Positions 46,801-62,200 of a stretch of DNA of 64,000 bases are shown piece by piece. The position numbers and the translations under genes are program-made. The notes under the pieces were generated by a model, which was not told the origin of the DNA, searched no databases, and was given only the letters and a program-made list of their open reading frames with translations. The stretch comes from Octopus sinensis (lineage: Eukaryota): contig NC_042997.1 of NCBI RefSeq assembly GCF_006345805.1, positions 168,020,001 through 168,084,000 of the forward strand, given 5' to 3'. Each line of letters begins with the position of its first letter. The first letter of the stretch is position 1.

Positions 46801-47510
46801 GGTGTGTGTGTGTGTATTGTTTCTCACACACACACAAGATAGCGCTAAACGTGACAGCAGTAAGATTGTAGGTAACATGACACAAAGTAAATCTGAACAA
46901 CACTAATATTAGAATATTAGGAACAATAGTGGAAATTTCATTCATTCACCAATTAAGTTTATTTTTAAGTAATATACATATACTTAAAAAATATATAAAA
47001 GTTTTCTTTTATTTTTTTCAACTGTTTTAAGTGAAACTGCCTTACAGTAGTAATTCAGTTATATATTATTTATGCAAAATAGTTTCCATGAAAGAAAGTA
47101 TAACTTGGCAAAGGAACTTTAAACATTATGTTTAGCATTGGAAACCCCCATAAGTCTATAGAAGGGAAAAGAAGAAAATGACCTAAGACAAGAGCATGAT
47201 TGCGATTAGGTTAGAAGTAAAGACATCTAGTTCCTGGAATATAAGGAACAGTAGTGTGGTGTATATGTGTGTGTGTGTGTATGATTGAAATAAAAGTAGC
47301 TCTAGTGTAACAAATATATATATATATATATACATACACACATGTGCATGTATGTACATATATATAAATGCATATATATATCTATATATATACATATATA
47401 TATAAATGTATGTATGTTCATATATGTATATGTGTGTGTGTGTGTGTCTATATATATATATAGATATATACACATACAAACACACACACATACACACACA
47501 CATATCTCAA
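46385..47510. repeat. Compound (TA)n/(CA)n/(TG)n microsatellite fields (46385-46835 and 47262-47510)
   Basis: Direct inspection; similar fields at 30320-30430, 36080-36165, 48080-48118, 50330-50408, 50975-51025, 62385-62525 and 63400-63502. Confidence 0.9.
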
Positions 47511-47639
47511 AAGTAACTAGACACTCCTTATTATACCATTTTATCTGTATGGACACTACTTGATGCTTCAAACTTGTTAATATATTATCATTTTCCATAT
47601 TAGATTAGAGTAAATGACTGTTTATAGCAACTGGCCTTG

Positions 47640-47870
47640 ATGCGAACACCAGAAGCAAAAGAGTTGTCTGATCTTCAAAGAGGGCATATTGTGGGGCAAA
47701 CTGAGGGAGAACTTAGCTGGCATAAGATTGCACAAAACCTTGGCATTCTTCTTGCAACAATCAATAGAGTGATTGAACAATTCACCAGCAAATGAAAGGA
47801 ATCAACAACATCCTGCTGAGGTCGATCTGGGCCCTTAGACAGGTATCTTTGGGGTTGCAAGCAGATTGTT
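47640..47870 (+). pseudogene. Tc1-family transposase N-terminal HTH remnant
   Basis: [51 protein letters not shown], then a frameshifted GR..P motif. Confidence 0.7.
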
Positions 47871-48078
47871 GAAATGAAACAGTCCTCTTGTAAGGCAGCT
47901 AATGTCGCAAAGTAACTCCAAATGAATCAGAAAACTTCTGTGAGAATTTCTATTAACCTGGCTACTGAATTGAAAGTAATAATATATTAAGTTTTAAGCA
48001 CTACATAGTGTTCACACAAATGAAACAGTATAATGAAGTATATATACATACACAGAAATTTTTGAAGTGTCTATTTAG

Positions 48079-48120
<42 letters not shown>

Positions 48121-49206
48121 CACCTACAAAAATTTAGCAAGTCATAAGAGCTAATACAACTATTCATAAGAGCTAATAATTTATTTACCAGATAATAATT
48201 TATTTAGCTAGCAAGTATTAGAAAATATCTCCAAAGCAAATACTCAATATATTGCTCATCAATTTCATGGATTAAATATCTTCATTTGCCTTGATATATA
48301 CACCTTTATTCATCAACAGGGTTAAACTCTATTAAAAATGTTAACACTGCTACCAAGACTACTGAGAAGTTAAGGCTTAAGTTGGTGACAGCAGTTAAAA
48401 AACAGGATTGCAAAAATAAATTGCTTCACTGAGCTGATGGCAAAACTCGGTATCTTGGCTTCACCTAATTAAATACTCAGTTCTGTTTATAAATAAATGG
48501 TAATTAATGTAATACAAAAATAGTCATCCATTAAAATTTTTATAAAAATAATTTTCCTGGCAGCCCCCAAGAACTAAATCATCTACTTTCTAACAAAAAC
48601 CGAAGACAGTGAAAAGGGAAGGAGTGAAATGTTTTCATCTAACACTATTTCCAGAGTGTTCAGATTACACTCTAATTATTACTATTATTATTATTATTAT
48701 GAACCATATTAATCAGTCTTACATTCAGTTAACTACAAGAACTACATGCCATTCAATGTTCAACTCTACCCAGCAGATGGGAGTCATATTCTTCATTCAT
48801 ACTTTATAATTTATCAATACCAAGATAACATATTTTTGTTTGTTTTTTTTGTTTTGTTTTTGTTTTTATCCCAAAAGATTCTGTTAACATTTCATACTAA
48901 AAAAATTATTAGCCACATAGTGGTAGATATTCTTCAATTATAAACCAAAGTGTATATAATAGACAAAAATCAATAAACACGTTGTTGCACTATGTCCCAC
49001 AAATCTACAGTAAACAATGGAAATCAAAGATATTCTCAGCAAAATCAGCCAGACATAATAGATGTCAATATATCAACAAAATAACCAACATAATTGCTAT
49101 TCTGGGAGTGGGAGTCGTATGGGGGGAAAAATTGCAGTTTTGTGATATTGTCACTTATTTTTCTTTTTTTTGTTTTGTTTTTTTGTAATATTTCATATTT
49201 CATATA

Positions 49207-50328
49207 TGCATCCAGAACCATGATAATAGTTTAGGAGTGAAATTTAGGATTTCTCAGTTTTCTGTGAATCGATTTTGATAAAACTTTTCCCAGCTGGTTT
49301 GCATACTATGGCAATACCATTGTTGTTATGTTTTCATTATTCTGTGTAACATTCCTTCCTTCTTTATTTCAGATTCTTCAGTTTTTGGGTGAACCACACT
49401 AATAGTGTCTCTCCTCTCTAAGAACAATGGGATGTGGAAAAGGCCTTAATGAGGAAGAGAAAGTCTGTCATCATCAAGGAAAGTGCTAAAGGAACCTCTC
49501 TTCATGTCATTGCAGAGAAGTTAGGTCGTCATGTGGACATGGTGAGATAATTACTGAAGGACCCTTTGCCAAAGAAGAAATAGTCCAATTGTGGAACCTT
49601 CAAGACATGACATTTGACATAAGTTGTGTTCTGTTCACTGGCTAGATGGCATACCGCTGTCACTTCTAAGGAATCTCATATTCATGCATGACAATGCTCT
49701 CTCCCACTCTGCTAGGACCACCCAAACATTACTAGGGTCTTACGGCATACAAGGTGAAAGCTAAATGGTGTGGCTGCCAGCACCTCTGGATTTTAAGCCT
49801 GTCAAAAATCTTTGGTTCATCATTAAACAAGATGTTTATGCCAATGGACGCCAATTTACGTCGAAACATGTCTTATGGGCAACCATCAAAAATGCAGCAG
49901 AGACAGTCCAACCTGCTACAATTAAGAAATTGACAGAATCTATGACTAATAAGGTTCTTGAAGTTATCCGTCGAAATGGTGCTCATGTGGCTAAATAATT
50001 CATTATGTCAATAAATGTTATAACATTATCATAGTTTTCTGTTAAATATATACTCAATGTATGTTTAATATGTATTTTTACTCGTCATTTTCTGGAAAAA
50101 AAAATGTCTAGATGGGCTATATTCATTCAAAAGCTATTAGTGTGGTTCACCAAAAAACTGAAGAATCTGAAATAGAAAAGAAAGGACGTTACATAGAATA
50201 ATGAAAACATAACAATGGTGTAGCCATAGTGTGCAAACCAGCTGGGAAAGTTTTATCAAAATCTATTCACAGAAAACTAAGAAATCCTAAATTTCACTCC
50301 TAAGCTTATTTGCATGGTTCTGGGTGTG
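49207..50328 (+). mobile_element. Decayed Tc1-like transposon with about 200-bp TIRs
   Basis: 49207-49405 is the reverse complement of 50125-50328; remnants FMHDNA and WLPAPLDFKPVKNLW of the DDE domain; internal deletion. Confidence 0.88.
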
Positions 50329-50332
50329 TATG

Positions 50333-50390
<58 letters not shown>

Positions 50391-50974
50391 ATATATTTAC
50401 ATATATATTTAATTTTCAAATTTTTCAACTATTGAATTCTTTTAGAAATATTTAAAATATGATTAAAAAAAACTGAAGAAAACCTGTCCTAATTAATGCT
50501 ATGATATTGCATTAGTAATTAGTTGTCAATTATGTATAAAAATAAAAAAAGCATGAAAATGTAAGAAGTGAACAATGGAACCTTTGATACATTCTGCATG
50601 GATGCATGTGTACTTTGGAAATAACATCTTGTCAATGTATGTGTGGATAAACATTTAGCAGTAAAAGTTTATTATGTAAAGTAAATAATCGTAAACAACA
50701 AAGTTTATCATTTTTATATTAAGATACAAAACTTAATTAATATAAGAAAAAAGTGACCCACATAGCTCTTATAAGCTTCTTAAAGATATCCATGGGGTTA
50801 GATACAAGCTGAAATTCAATTGCAAAAGTTCATCTATCCTCACCTTCCTTCCAGCTAAAAAAATAACTTCAAATAAAACTGGTTTAAAATATTTCTCATG
50901 GGCTTAAACACACATACAAACATGTCTATGAATAAACAACAATTATATATGCATGTGCATGTATTATTTTTACT

Positions 50975-51025
<51 letters not shown>

Positions 51026-52816
51026 GCATTGCATTTTGTGAACAATAACTTTGTTGACTATAGGTTTTCAATGGGTAATCATGGATTCACTTTTACAAGG
51101 GCAAGAGCATCATAGGGAATGTCTGTGCAAATTGAGCAGAAAAATAGTACGGGGTGTTTTACTTCAAAAGTATAGTTAATCAGTTTTATCACCAATATTT
51201 TCATCTTTTTTCCAATATGCATATATAACTACACAGCTTGATTTGCGCCATGAATATATTATTTATACTATATACATATATATATATACATATAAATACA
51301 TTCATATATGTCCATATGTGTGCATTATATTGTACCCTAACATATACGTTAATTTATAGTGTAAACGACAGCCTAAATTCAATTTCACATATATAAATAT
51401 ATACCAACAATTTGTTATACATTGCATTAGCAGCATCTCCAATATCATTAATTTAATATAATTTCCCATATCATTATGGATTACAGTTGTCATCAGAGTA
51501 CCAAGACCATATCTCCTGGAATCATTTCATCGAAAATTAAACTCCCCCAGCCCACCCCAACCACCTCAGCTTTTCATAGTCTGTTGTTGCATTGTTTATC
51601 CTTTCCTGTTATCTAACAGAAGACCTTCTTGAAGCTTTCCTTATCCATCTCAACCCTCTTCCATCTTTTACAATTACCTTCAGTGTGATTCATTTGTTGA
51701 AGTCTTCAGTAACTTTCACTACAGCGCATCACATTTTTATTATTTTTTGGTGCTACCTTCCTGAACAATCTGTAAAATTTGCAGCCAAATCTATCTCAAA
51801 CTATGCCCCATTGCCTTAAAAAGGAAAAGACACATTGGATAATGTAGCCTTAGATATATGAAAAGACAGAACTGCCATGTTAGGAATGCTTTTCGTTATA
51901 TGTCTTTCTGACCAGGACTGACATGGGCTAAACAAAGCCACCACTTGATCAAGTGAGTAACTAGCAATAAATACCCTAATGTTTATTTTTCAACATCCCA
52001 GCCCCTATCCAAAATTTTCCACCTTTTCTTCTCTTCATTACACTCTAGCTTCTCTGAGAAGAATTTTCCTTACTAATTTGCACATTTCATCCACTAAACA
52101 ATAATGATGAAGACAATGATGATTCAGCCATTAACGATGGTCATGGTTTGAATAATCTTATTATATCCTAAGCCAGCATTATGTGCTGATTAAACATCAT
52201 TCAGTTACTGTTATTCCGGATTTAGTCATTGCACTGAAGCTATGCTGGGCACCACCTTAAAGGGTTATTGATTCCAGTATTTATTCCAGTGTGATACTTA
52301 TTTTATCATTCTTAATTTAAGCCATTGAACAAACACTGGTTCTAGTTTTTCCAGTCAAATTGTAAACACAGATACACACAAAGATATATATATAGACACA
52401 CATACATATATATACCTACATGGTCAGTAACCTGGGCAGTCCAAAAGACCCAAAGTTACATCAAACTCATCAGCCTGAGACTGTCTAGAGTTCTAGCTAA
52501 CAGTATAGTATTAATCTCATCTTGTGTAATATCCGAACCCTTTCTAACCGTAGTAAGAGCCTTATCAAGTAATATTGACAACATTTACAAGTAGTAAAAT
52601 TTACTATGTTGAACTGCATGAACAAGGTATTGCTCTTATTGCAAAGTTGTTCAAACCAGAGTATCATCTTCTTGATATTCTCCCGGGGGCTCAAACTTGT
52701 GTCTTCCTTAACCTTGGGAATTACCCTATCTAAAAGATTCTTACTAATACAGCCACTATCTGATTTTGAGGGGTGAATGAGCTAAACACACACACACACA
52801 CACATATGTATATGTA

Positions 52817-53123
52817 GTGGAGGCACATGGCCTATCGGTTGGAGTAGCGGACTCGTGGTCAAGGGATTGCAGGTTCGAATCTCAGACCAGGCGATGTGTG
52901 TGTTTATGAGCAAAACATTTAAGCTCCATGCGGCTCTGGCAGAAAGTAATGGCGAACTTCTGCTAACTCCTTCGCCACAACTTTCTCTCACTCTTTCCTT
53001 CTGCATCTTGCAGCTCACCTGCGACGGACCGGCGTCCCATCCAGGTGGGGAACCTTATACATCAAGGAAACCGGGAAACTGGCCTTTATGAGCAAGGCAT
53101 GGCTCAAGAAGGAACAAAGAAAC
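52817..53123 (+). mobile_element. tRNA-derived SINE family C; degenerate minus-strand copy at 14277-14490
   Basis: gtggaggcacatggcct..ggttcgaatc head; cggaccggcgtcccatccagg core; tail ending aaggaacaaagaaac. Confidence 0.75.
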
Positions 53124-56100
53124 ATATATATATATATATATACACATATAAAACACACACACACGCAGTTTCAATCAACCAACTTCCACTCACAGTAACA
53201 CTAGTGAACCCAAGATTTTAGTAACCCAATACCCAAAGTCCTACACAGTGGAATTGAATGCAGTACCACATTGTTACAAAGTAAACTTCTTAACCAAATA
53301 GCCTTGTCTGTATCACACAGTCAAACTAAGAATACCAGAAACCAGGTAACCGAGTAAATAGACAATGAAAATAACAGGGGTAATCAACCAATACAGCAAG
53401 GTAAATATGATCAGGAATAATTTCACTAGTTTCAGCACCACCAGATCAATAATATTATTGTTATGCTGTCAGTCACATTCTTTACCAACATTTCATTTTC
53501 AGCAGTTATATTATTACAGCATCCCAATCAACAATTTAAAATCTCAAAGATAATTGATTACTATCAACATCTCTTTCTCTCACTCTCTCTCTCTCTTTAA
53601 ATATATATATATGCATATATATGTGATACATACATACTCAAAAGTAAACAACAGCTATATATTCTCAGTAGCAACAACCACTGTAATTATTATGATGGCA
53701 ATTAAAAAGAACACCCAATTCTGTATACAACAACAGTTAAAACCACAATTTTTAAAGGAACTGTCCTACTATACAGGCATTAAGAAAAGTTATGTAATTT
53801 ACTATAGTTTTTAAAACAGTTCTTTGAACTTAAACTTTCACCTTTCATCTCATTCCTCCCAGTGAAAAATATACATTTATAAATATTTTACTTATGTAAC
53901 TTGCAAGTTGAAAAAAAATGAAGTCTTGTGAATTTGTATCAGCTCTGCTTCATATATTCATAAATAACATTCCAAGAATATAATTTTATAAATGCAATTA
54001 TGAAAATGTGAAAACTTGCAATGGAAAACTGTACTTATTTACTGATGACAAGATAGTCATTTAGTATCATCCAAAATGTTAATAATAATTATCACATTGC
54101 ATTTCCAAATCTTATACTGAACATAATATTATCTTCCAACGCAATATATTAGATTCCTATTTCTATATTGGACATGTTACAACAGAATTTCTTGTGACTG
54201 TTAACAAGAATTGAGCAGAAAGTACCACAAATTTTGACAACCAGTATCACAGTACCATTCTGGAAAAGAAAGGAGGATATCTTTGCCCAACCCAATTAGT
54301 GTGTCACTACATGATATTCTTTGAACTCATTCTTGACACTTGATTGTGCAATATCATCCATATCATATCCAACCAATGTGGACTTATTTAGGGCAGTAAA
54401 ACAACCACTGACATTCATGTTGTCTGATTAAATTACAGAGAAACACTGAGAACAAAAAGAACTAATTGCAAAGCATTTTGAAAGTATAATATCAAAGATA
54501 ATGAGTCAAGAAAGTTATATTTACTGGGGAATAATTTCAAGAAGTTAACACAATAATTACTCAAAATTTTGTTTTGTTCCTATCTGAATTTTTAGGAAAT
54601 CCAGAATCTATTGCCTGATATTACTGACATGAGAATGTCAGAAAAAAAATTTTTAAACAACAAATTCTCCATATAAAAGCATTCTTAGAATGATAACCCA
54701 CTATAACAATAGATAACAAAATGAAGATTTATGATCAAAAGAATTCAAGACAGTTTTCGTTTCAACACATTCAGATTTGAAAAGACTCAGGAAAATTTAT
54801 TTTACAGCTTAAGATCTACTTCTTTAATACAGACGTAGTTTGAATGGATCCACAACAGGGCATCATTCCATCCATTATCGAACTTAATGTGAAAGCTAAT
54901 ATGCTATGACCTGACCTAATTGCAACTTTGGACTACATCTGCTACTAAATCACATCACATTTTTAATCAATGTTCATATTTCACATCCAACAACCTGTAC
55001 TCAATTCTCCTCTAGTTTTACACTCATCTAGCATCTTAACTCAAGGGCTAACAAAATCAGCAGTTCTTGTACACTGTTAACTACATCCAATAAAACAACA
55101 GTGAAAAGAAATAACATCTTTCAGTATTTATCACCATCATTCATAATTCCTTATCTTGTCAGTTACGTGGTGACCCTGCCAGTTTTTCTACCTGGCCAGT
55201 TCCTGTGAACCATGCATGCATGCATGGAAGATGGATGTTAAACAATGATAACGACAATGATGAGGATTTACATCATAAGGACATAACCACATCATCTAAT
55301 GATTTTGAGAAATATTAACAGGAATTCATCATTATTGTATATAAATGGATTGGATTTCATAGTTTTGAGAAATTAGGTTTTTAGTTTTTAATCAAATATA
55401 AATATATATAGCAGTGGTTCTGGTTTTACAAGCCTGTATCAAAGCAGCAGCTTTGTGATAATACCCAATACCAATTATCAGGGCTAAAAATAGTGTTATA
55501 AATAGATCAATCAGAGAGTCCATTTAACCAAAGTGATCAGCAGAAACAAATTTTAAGGCACATGGCGAGTTATCACTGACAAGAAAGTTGTCAAAATGGT
55601 ACAAAATTATTAAAAAAATAATACAGGTCTTTCAGAGAACAAATTTACATTGACACCTCATACATATGTATAAATGTCTTAACTTGTGGTAGTATATGAC
55701 AGATTATTATAAGAAATTATGCAGCATGAGACATGTCAGTAGTTTGTTTAAACTTACACGGGAAAGCGAGGAAACAATGCAGCTAATGAAAGTATGAAAT
55801 TAGATAAGGAACATACTGAGGTGTCATATGACAGTCAAACACCATATATATAATCTTACTTATTTCAAGAAAATGCAAGACTTACCACAACTTATCCACT
55901 TAAGATAATCAGTAACCTCATGACAATATCCATGACGCAACTTTATCATTGCCATTTAATAACTGAGGAAACAAATTTATGTAGAATTATGCATAAACAA
56001 AATAACAGGGCCACCCACATATTTAGAGAATGTTTCATCAAGAAAATGTCTCATCAAGAAAAATAACCATATCATATATTAGCAAGAAGACGAGGTGGTA

Positions 56101-56855
56101 TAGTAAAAAAGCAGTTGTGTATAACATAACCACACTCAGAATTGATATAAAAGTAGGTGGGTTTTCAAAGTCATAACTTCCAACAAAAGAGAGAAGAAGG
56201 GGAGAGAAGGGGAAGGGGGTGTATAATAGTCATATAAAATAAGTAAAAGTAGGTTATAGTGTTACACTTTACAGCTACAACAGTCCATAACATGTCATAG
56301 TATCAAGAATATGGGATAAATAAAATTATCATAAAAGGTTATGGAGATACAGCTACAACTGTCAGAGTCACAACTAAAACATTCTAAAGAAATATGAGTA
56401 TCGTAGCTTGCATTTTCTATTATGCAAAAGAAATGTCAACTCTTATGTGTATTATACACTAAGACTGAAAAAATAAATAAAATAAAATAGTTATTCAAAC
56501 AAAATATTTTGTTTATTTGTTTTGTTTCTTAATTTGATTTCATATATTTTGATATGAATCCCAGATATCCAAATCAGAAAAAAATTTCATTACTAGGTTT
56601 ACTGATCAGATTTATTCAAGATTAAGTATAAATAACGATGATGATTTCTAACATAGGCACAAAGCCACATGTTTTGGAGGAAGTGGGTAATTTAAATTCA
56701 TTCTAATACTTGACTTAAACTTATTTTACCAACCCCAAAAGAATGAAAGGCAAAGTTGGTCTGACAGAAGTGAACTTCGAACAAAAGTGGATGCAAACAA
56801 ATACTGCAAGGTAAAGTATTTGCCATCCATTACCTAATAATAATAATAATAATAT

Positions 56856-58012
56856 AAGTGGACAAACTAAACAGCTTAGACAGAAAATCAAGGAAGTTGC
56901 TAACTAGATATGGGTCACTCCACTCAAAAAGTGACACAGACAAACTGTATGCACCAAGAAAAAGAGGGAGAAGAGGACTTATTGGATGTGAACACAGCAT
57001 TAGAGCAGAAGAAAGCAACATAGCATGGTATGTGAAAAATGCCACAGAACTGCTATTATTAGAAGTAAGAAGGTCAGGCTTGTGTAGGATGAAAGATTGC
57101 AAAGATAAAACACTGTACAAGAAATTGAAAATGAATGAAACTGAAAACAGATGGATAAAGAAAAGAATGCATGGTCAATTTCATAGAGATGTTGAAGACA
57201 GACAGAGAAAAAAGATGGCTGTGGATGACTAAAAGTGATTTAAGACCAGAAATGGAGGCTCTAATCTGTGCTGCCCAAGAGCAAGCACTAAGAACAAACT
57301 ACATAAAATACAGAATAGACAACACAGCAGAAAGTGATAAGTGCAGAATCTGAGGACAAAACAGTGAAACCGTATGGCATATTACCAGCCAATGTACGCC
57401 ACTAGCCCAGAAGGAATATAAGAGACGCCATGACAATATAGCCAGGCTTGTCCATTGGCCACTTTGCAAAAAGTATGGACTTGACAGAGCAAAAAATTGG
57501 TACAACCACAAACCTGAAGGCATCATTGAAAATAGAAATGCAAAGATCCTATAGGGTTTTATGATTCAGTGCGACCATGAGTTAGAGAATAGGAAGCCAG
57601 ACATAGTCTTAATTGAGAAGGAAAATAAATTATACTGGATCATAGATATAGCACACCCAGCTGACAACAAGGTATGTGATAACGAAAAAAGAAAAGTCGA
57701 GAGATATGACAGGTTAGCTTGGGAAGTTAAGCAGTTGTGGTTGATGAAAAAGATAGCAGTAGTACCAATTGTCGGAGCCCTGGGAACAGTGAGCAAAAAT
57801 CTCAAGAAGTACATGGAACAAATAGGGGCTGCAATAAAGGTGGAGCACTTTCAGAAAACAGCACTGCTTGGAACTACTCGAATACTCCAGAAGGTGCTTG
57901 AAAAATAAGAGGTGTTGCCTTAGTTCATTAGTAGTGAACAGCTGACACTGTAGTACATCTCCAGCGTTAGAAGCTGTGCAAAGGCAATGATGATAATAAT
58001 AATAATAATAAT
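56856..58012 (+). mobile_element. Decayed, 5'-truncated R4/Dong-type non-LTR element (restriction-enzyme-like, REL, endonuclease clade) within (TAA)n
   Basis: LDRKSRKLLT..GSLHSKSDTDKLYAPRKRGRRGL, zinc knuckle CRI*GQNSETVWHITSQC, RHDNIA..VHW, KPDIV..IDIA..KVERY; stops and frameshifts; (TAA)n on both flanks. Confidence 0.85.
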
Positions 58013-58209
58013 CCTTTCTACTAAAGGCATAAGGACTGAAATTTGGGAGGAGGGGACTAGTTGATTACATCGCACCCAGTATTTTATAGGTACTTATTTC
58101 ACTGACTCTGACAGGATGAAAGGCTAAGTTGAACTCAGGACGTAATGCTAGAAGAAATATTCCTAAGCATTTTGTCCAGTGCAGTAATGATTCAGCTAGC
58201 TCGCAGCCA

Positions 58210-58246
<37 letters not shown>

Positions 58247-59238
58247 TCAAATTTTGGTACAATGCCAGCAAGTTCAGGGGAAGGGGTAAGACAATTATCC
58301 CAGTGCTAAACCGATACTTATTTTATCAATAACAAAAGGATGAAAGGCAAAGTCAACCTTGGCAGAATTTAATAATAATAATTATAATGGTAATAGCTTA
58401 TTAAAAAGGCACAGGATGAATTTTTATAAGGGAAGTAGTATAATCGATTAAACAAGCAGGATTTGAAATTAGAAGCAGTAAGTGAATGCAAAGCACCTAA
58501 AGTAGCTCTCAACCACCTATGCCATTTTTACCACCAGCACCATCATGACAACGATGGTGATGATGACGATGGTACTTGGATGCTGAATGTCTTCCACGAT
58601 AATTAACAATCAAGTATCAAAGCTTATAATGTGTGGAAAGTGATCCTGTGAGACCTCTGCCAACAGGCTGCTGTCCGCTTTCACAGAATCGACCAGAGCA
58701 AACAAGACCAAGTGCTCTGAGAAGTAAAACAGCAACAACAACAACAAAAATAGCATTAATAATAATAATAATAATAATAATGATAACAATAATAATTCTT
58801 TTAACCAGGTGCAATGCTGTTACTTGTAAAGAGCGTACTGAAGTGATCTCAGTATATTACTAGTTCTTGTTTTAACAGTTTCAAGACTATGGAAAATTAA
58901 GATTGATCCTAGTGAGATTTTGAACAACTAAATATAAGGCACCAAACTTTATATCATACTGTAAGTAGAACTTATTAATCAAGCAGAAAGCTAATTCTTT
59001 ACAGAAGAAAGAACTGGCTACAGCCAACAGAATCAAATTAGTATCTAAGTCCAGTTGGCTAGAATGACTCCTCACAAAGTATAAAATCTTACATTCAGAG
59101 CAGAACAAAGTAGATGTAATATTGTTCAGAAATGAGCAGTGCTAATAAACCTACTCCAACTGAGAATCAGAAATGGATCATGGACTGGGTTTATAAAGAA
59201 CTTACTTTTCAATCATAACCACAACCAACAACAATAAC

Positions 59239-59274
<36 letters not shown>

Positions 59275-62200
59275 TTTTGATTTAAGCACAAGGCAAAAAA
59301 TTTTTAGGGGAGAGGCTAGTCCATACCAATGACTCTTGTATGTGACTAGGGATGAAAAAGCGAAGCTATTCCCAGCAGAATTTTAAATCAGAATGTAAAG
59401 AGCAAAAAAATACTGTAAGACTTCTTTTTTTTTTTTTTCTTTCTCACACTCTAACATTTCTGCCAATGCACCACCTTTAATGACTTCTGATTTAGGTACA
59501 AGGCCAGCAATTTTGAAGGGCAGGGAAGCCAGACAATTACACCGACTCCATTACTTCAGTGGTACTTTATTTTATCAATCCCTAAGGGAAGACAAACAAA
59601 GTTGACCTAGGTGGGATTTGAAATCAAAGCATAAACAGCCAGAAGAAACGAGGCATCTTTCGTGTGATGCTCTAACAATTTTACCAAAGCACCACCCTTT
59701 ATCATAGAAAATTCACAACAATAATTGACAAGTGATATATTTAGGAAGGGAAAGTCTATGATAAAAAAAAAAGCATCTATATAACTGGGATTGGATATAT
59801 TTCTTAGGAATTTACATTTTACATTTATTCATTTCTTAACTATGGCACAAGGCCATAAATTTATGGGGAATGGGGTGAGATTGCATAGTGATCATGCCTT
59901 CATCAAGAAGATTAGCAGTATAACCAGCAAAAAAAATAAAAAAGAACTCAGCGGCAGACATAACTTACTGGAAGTTTACCTTTCACTCTACAGTGCTCAC
60001 AATATTATAATTTATAAATTCATTTATATCTCTATACATATATACACACATATATATATATATATACACACACACACTCACACACACACAAACAAACACA
60101 CATAATGTATGTAGGTATATGCATAGATTTTTTAATATATTTTGTTTAATCTTGTTTTTGTTTCTTTTTTAGTTTTATTAAAGTAACATGATAAATTTGT
60201 CCAACATTTTAAAACAACTGATATAAAACTATTCCCCTTAAATAATAAATCAACAAGAATTTTTGTGGTTTTTGATGTTGTTTTTTAAAGTGAGCAAATT
60301 ATTTTTGTCTGTGAAACAATGAACCCAAAGAAAAGAATAAAAAAAAAATATTCATAGAAGCTTCTTCAAAATTCAAAATCATCAAAAAGATGCAAAAATA
60401 TGTATTAAAAAAAAACGAAAAAAGAAAAAGAAAGAAAAAAATCATAACGCCCACCTTCTACTCTCATGGATTTGGCAAATGACTGGAAAAGTCATAAAGG
60501 CAACTGTATTGATCTGGTATGTCTATAAACAGACAGTCTACCAGATGAAATTTGATGAAATATGATAACATGAAGAATGATTTCTATGATGATAGAAAGA
60601 CAAGACAACGTATGAAAATAGGAAGAGAGATCTGGCAGAAGAGAGTATATCAACAAGGGCCAAATACACAAAAATCTCCCTCAACATAACAACACTGATT
60701 TGCTGAAGGATAACATGGCTTACATCCAGACATTTAAACATACATTATAAGAGAATACAGATTGCAATACTGAAGTACTGTTGTGATGTTATTACACACT
60801 TCAGCATTCTCCTTGTCTTTCACAACTGAGTGGTTAATGTTAATGAAATAAAAATATAGGACCAATTTTGAGCTGAATTACTACATGGCCTAATGTCAAA
60901 ACCAAGCTAAGGAAGTAACACTAAATGGCCCATTTCATCAAACATACATATACATTCACACATTTATCCAATGATACTTAATAAATTTATAATGGTGATA
61001 GAGAGTTGACAAGTATGGGTAAAACTCAAGCTATGGGTAATACAATAAGAGGCCTGGCAGAGCTGCACAAGACTGTAAAATTCATAAGTTGAAACTTTGC
61101 TGCCTTCAAAACATATTACTCTGTATTTTCCTTTCAACTTAATTTAATGGTGGAAAGGTGAATGATAGAAAAGGAAGACACCAGGTTGGGAGAACCCTTG
61201 CTTCAACAATTCATATATAAATAATATCCAAATATGAAAACCAGTAAATCATTCAATTCATGTCAAGATGGAAGAAAAACTTCAACAATAACAACAAAAG
61301 AGCTATAATAGGTACACTTTTTGCAAGCAGTTTATCATTCAGCATCATATAAGCATAGCTCTCTGTCTGAAAAGAACTGTGTCCTTTCTTTTCAGAAAAT
61401 AAAGTAAAATTGTGAGTAAATTGTAAGCTTCAACATCTTTTTTAAAGACTTGAGAAAATTTTCCATATATTTTAAAATCATAATTCATGATGATGAATAC
61501 AGTCAAATTAAACTAGTTCTAATAGAAAAATAATAAGGTTTAAGACAATCAACAACTGATCTTTCAGACCAACGTCATTAATACAAAGCTGTGCCTTCAA
61601 TCCAATATTAGAAGATGAAATGATTTGATTTGATTTGACAACACTTTGTGTGACTAGTCTTTTATCTTCTTCTAGAATTGGACAGGTAAAAAAAAAAACA
61701 TTATTATCATCACCATTTTAATGTCCACTTTTCTATACTTGCATGGGTCAGATGAAACTTGTTGACGTAGCTTTTCCTATGGGAGAAAGCTCTTCTTTTC
61801 ACTGACTCTGAACAACAAAAAGCTTAATGGTCAGACATGTCAAGATAAGTGGTAAACACAAATGCTTACTTGCACACACCCGCACATATGCAAAGGGCTT
61901 CTTACAGTTTCATTCTACTCCTAAGACACTTGTCAGCCCATTGCTATAGCAGAAGACACCAGCTGCTGGTATCCACACAGTAGGAATAAATTCTAAGCAT
62001 ACCATTTCAAATCAGTCTTCTTAACCACACGGTCAAACCTCTGCCTATGCATGGCCTGTACCAATGCATTCCTACAAATGTATACACACATAAATTTACA
62101 CACACGCATGAACAGACTTTAAACACCAGTGTTGCCCTTCAGTATCTCTAGTGTATGGAAAGGATGAGAAGGATTATGAGTATTTAAGGGTCAACAGAAA

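Noticed and set aside
46373-47598. Several overlapping 70-147 aa ORFs (also at 35805-36238, 62273-62573 and 63116-63618)
   Set aside because: They are translations of (TA)n/(CA)n microsatellites ([10 protein letters not shown]), which lack stop codons.
58874-58958. Plus-strand exon-like segment (ttttaacag|...|gtaagt)
   Set aside because: It has stops in the plausible frames and no partner exons could be identified.
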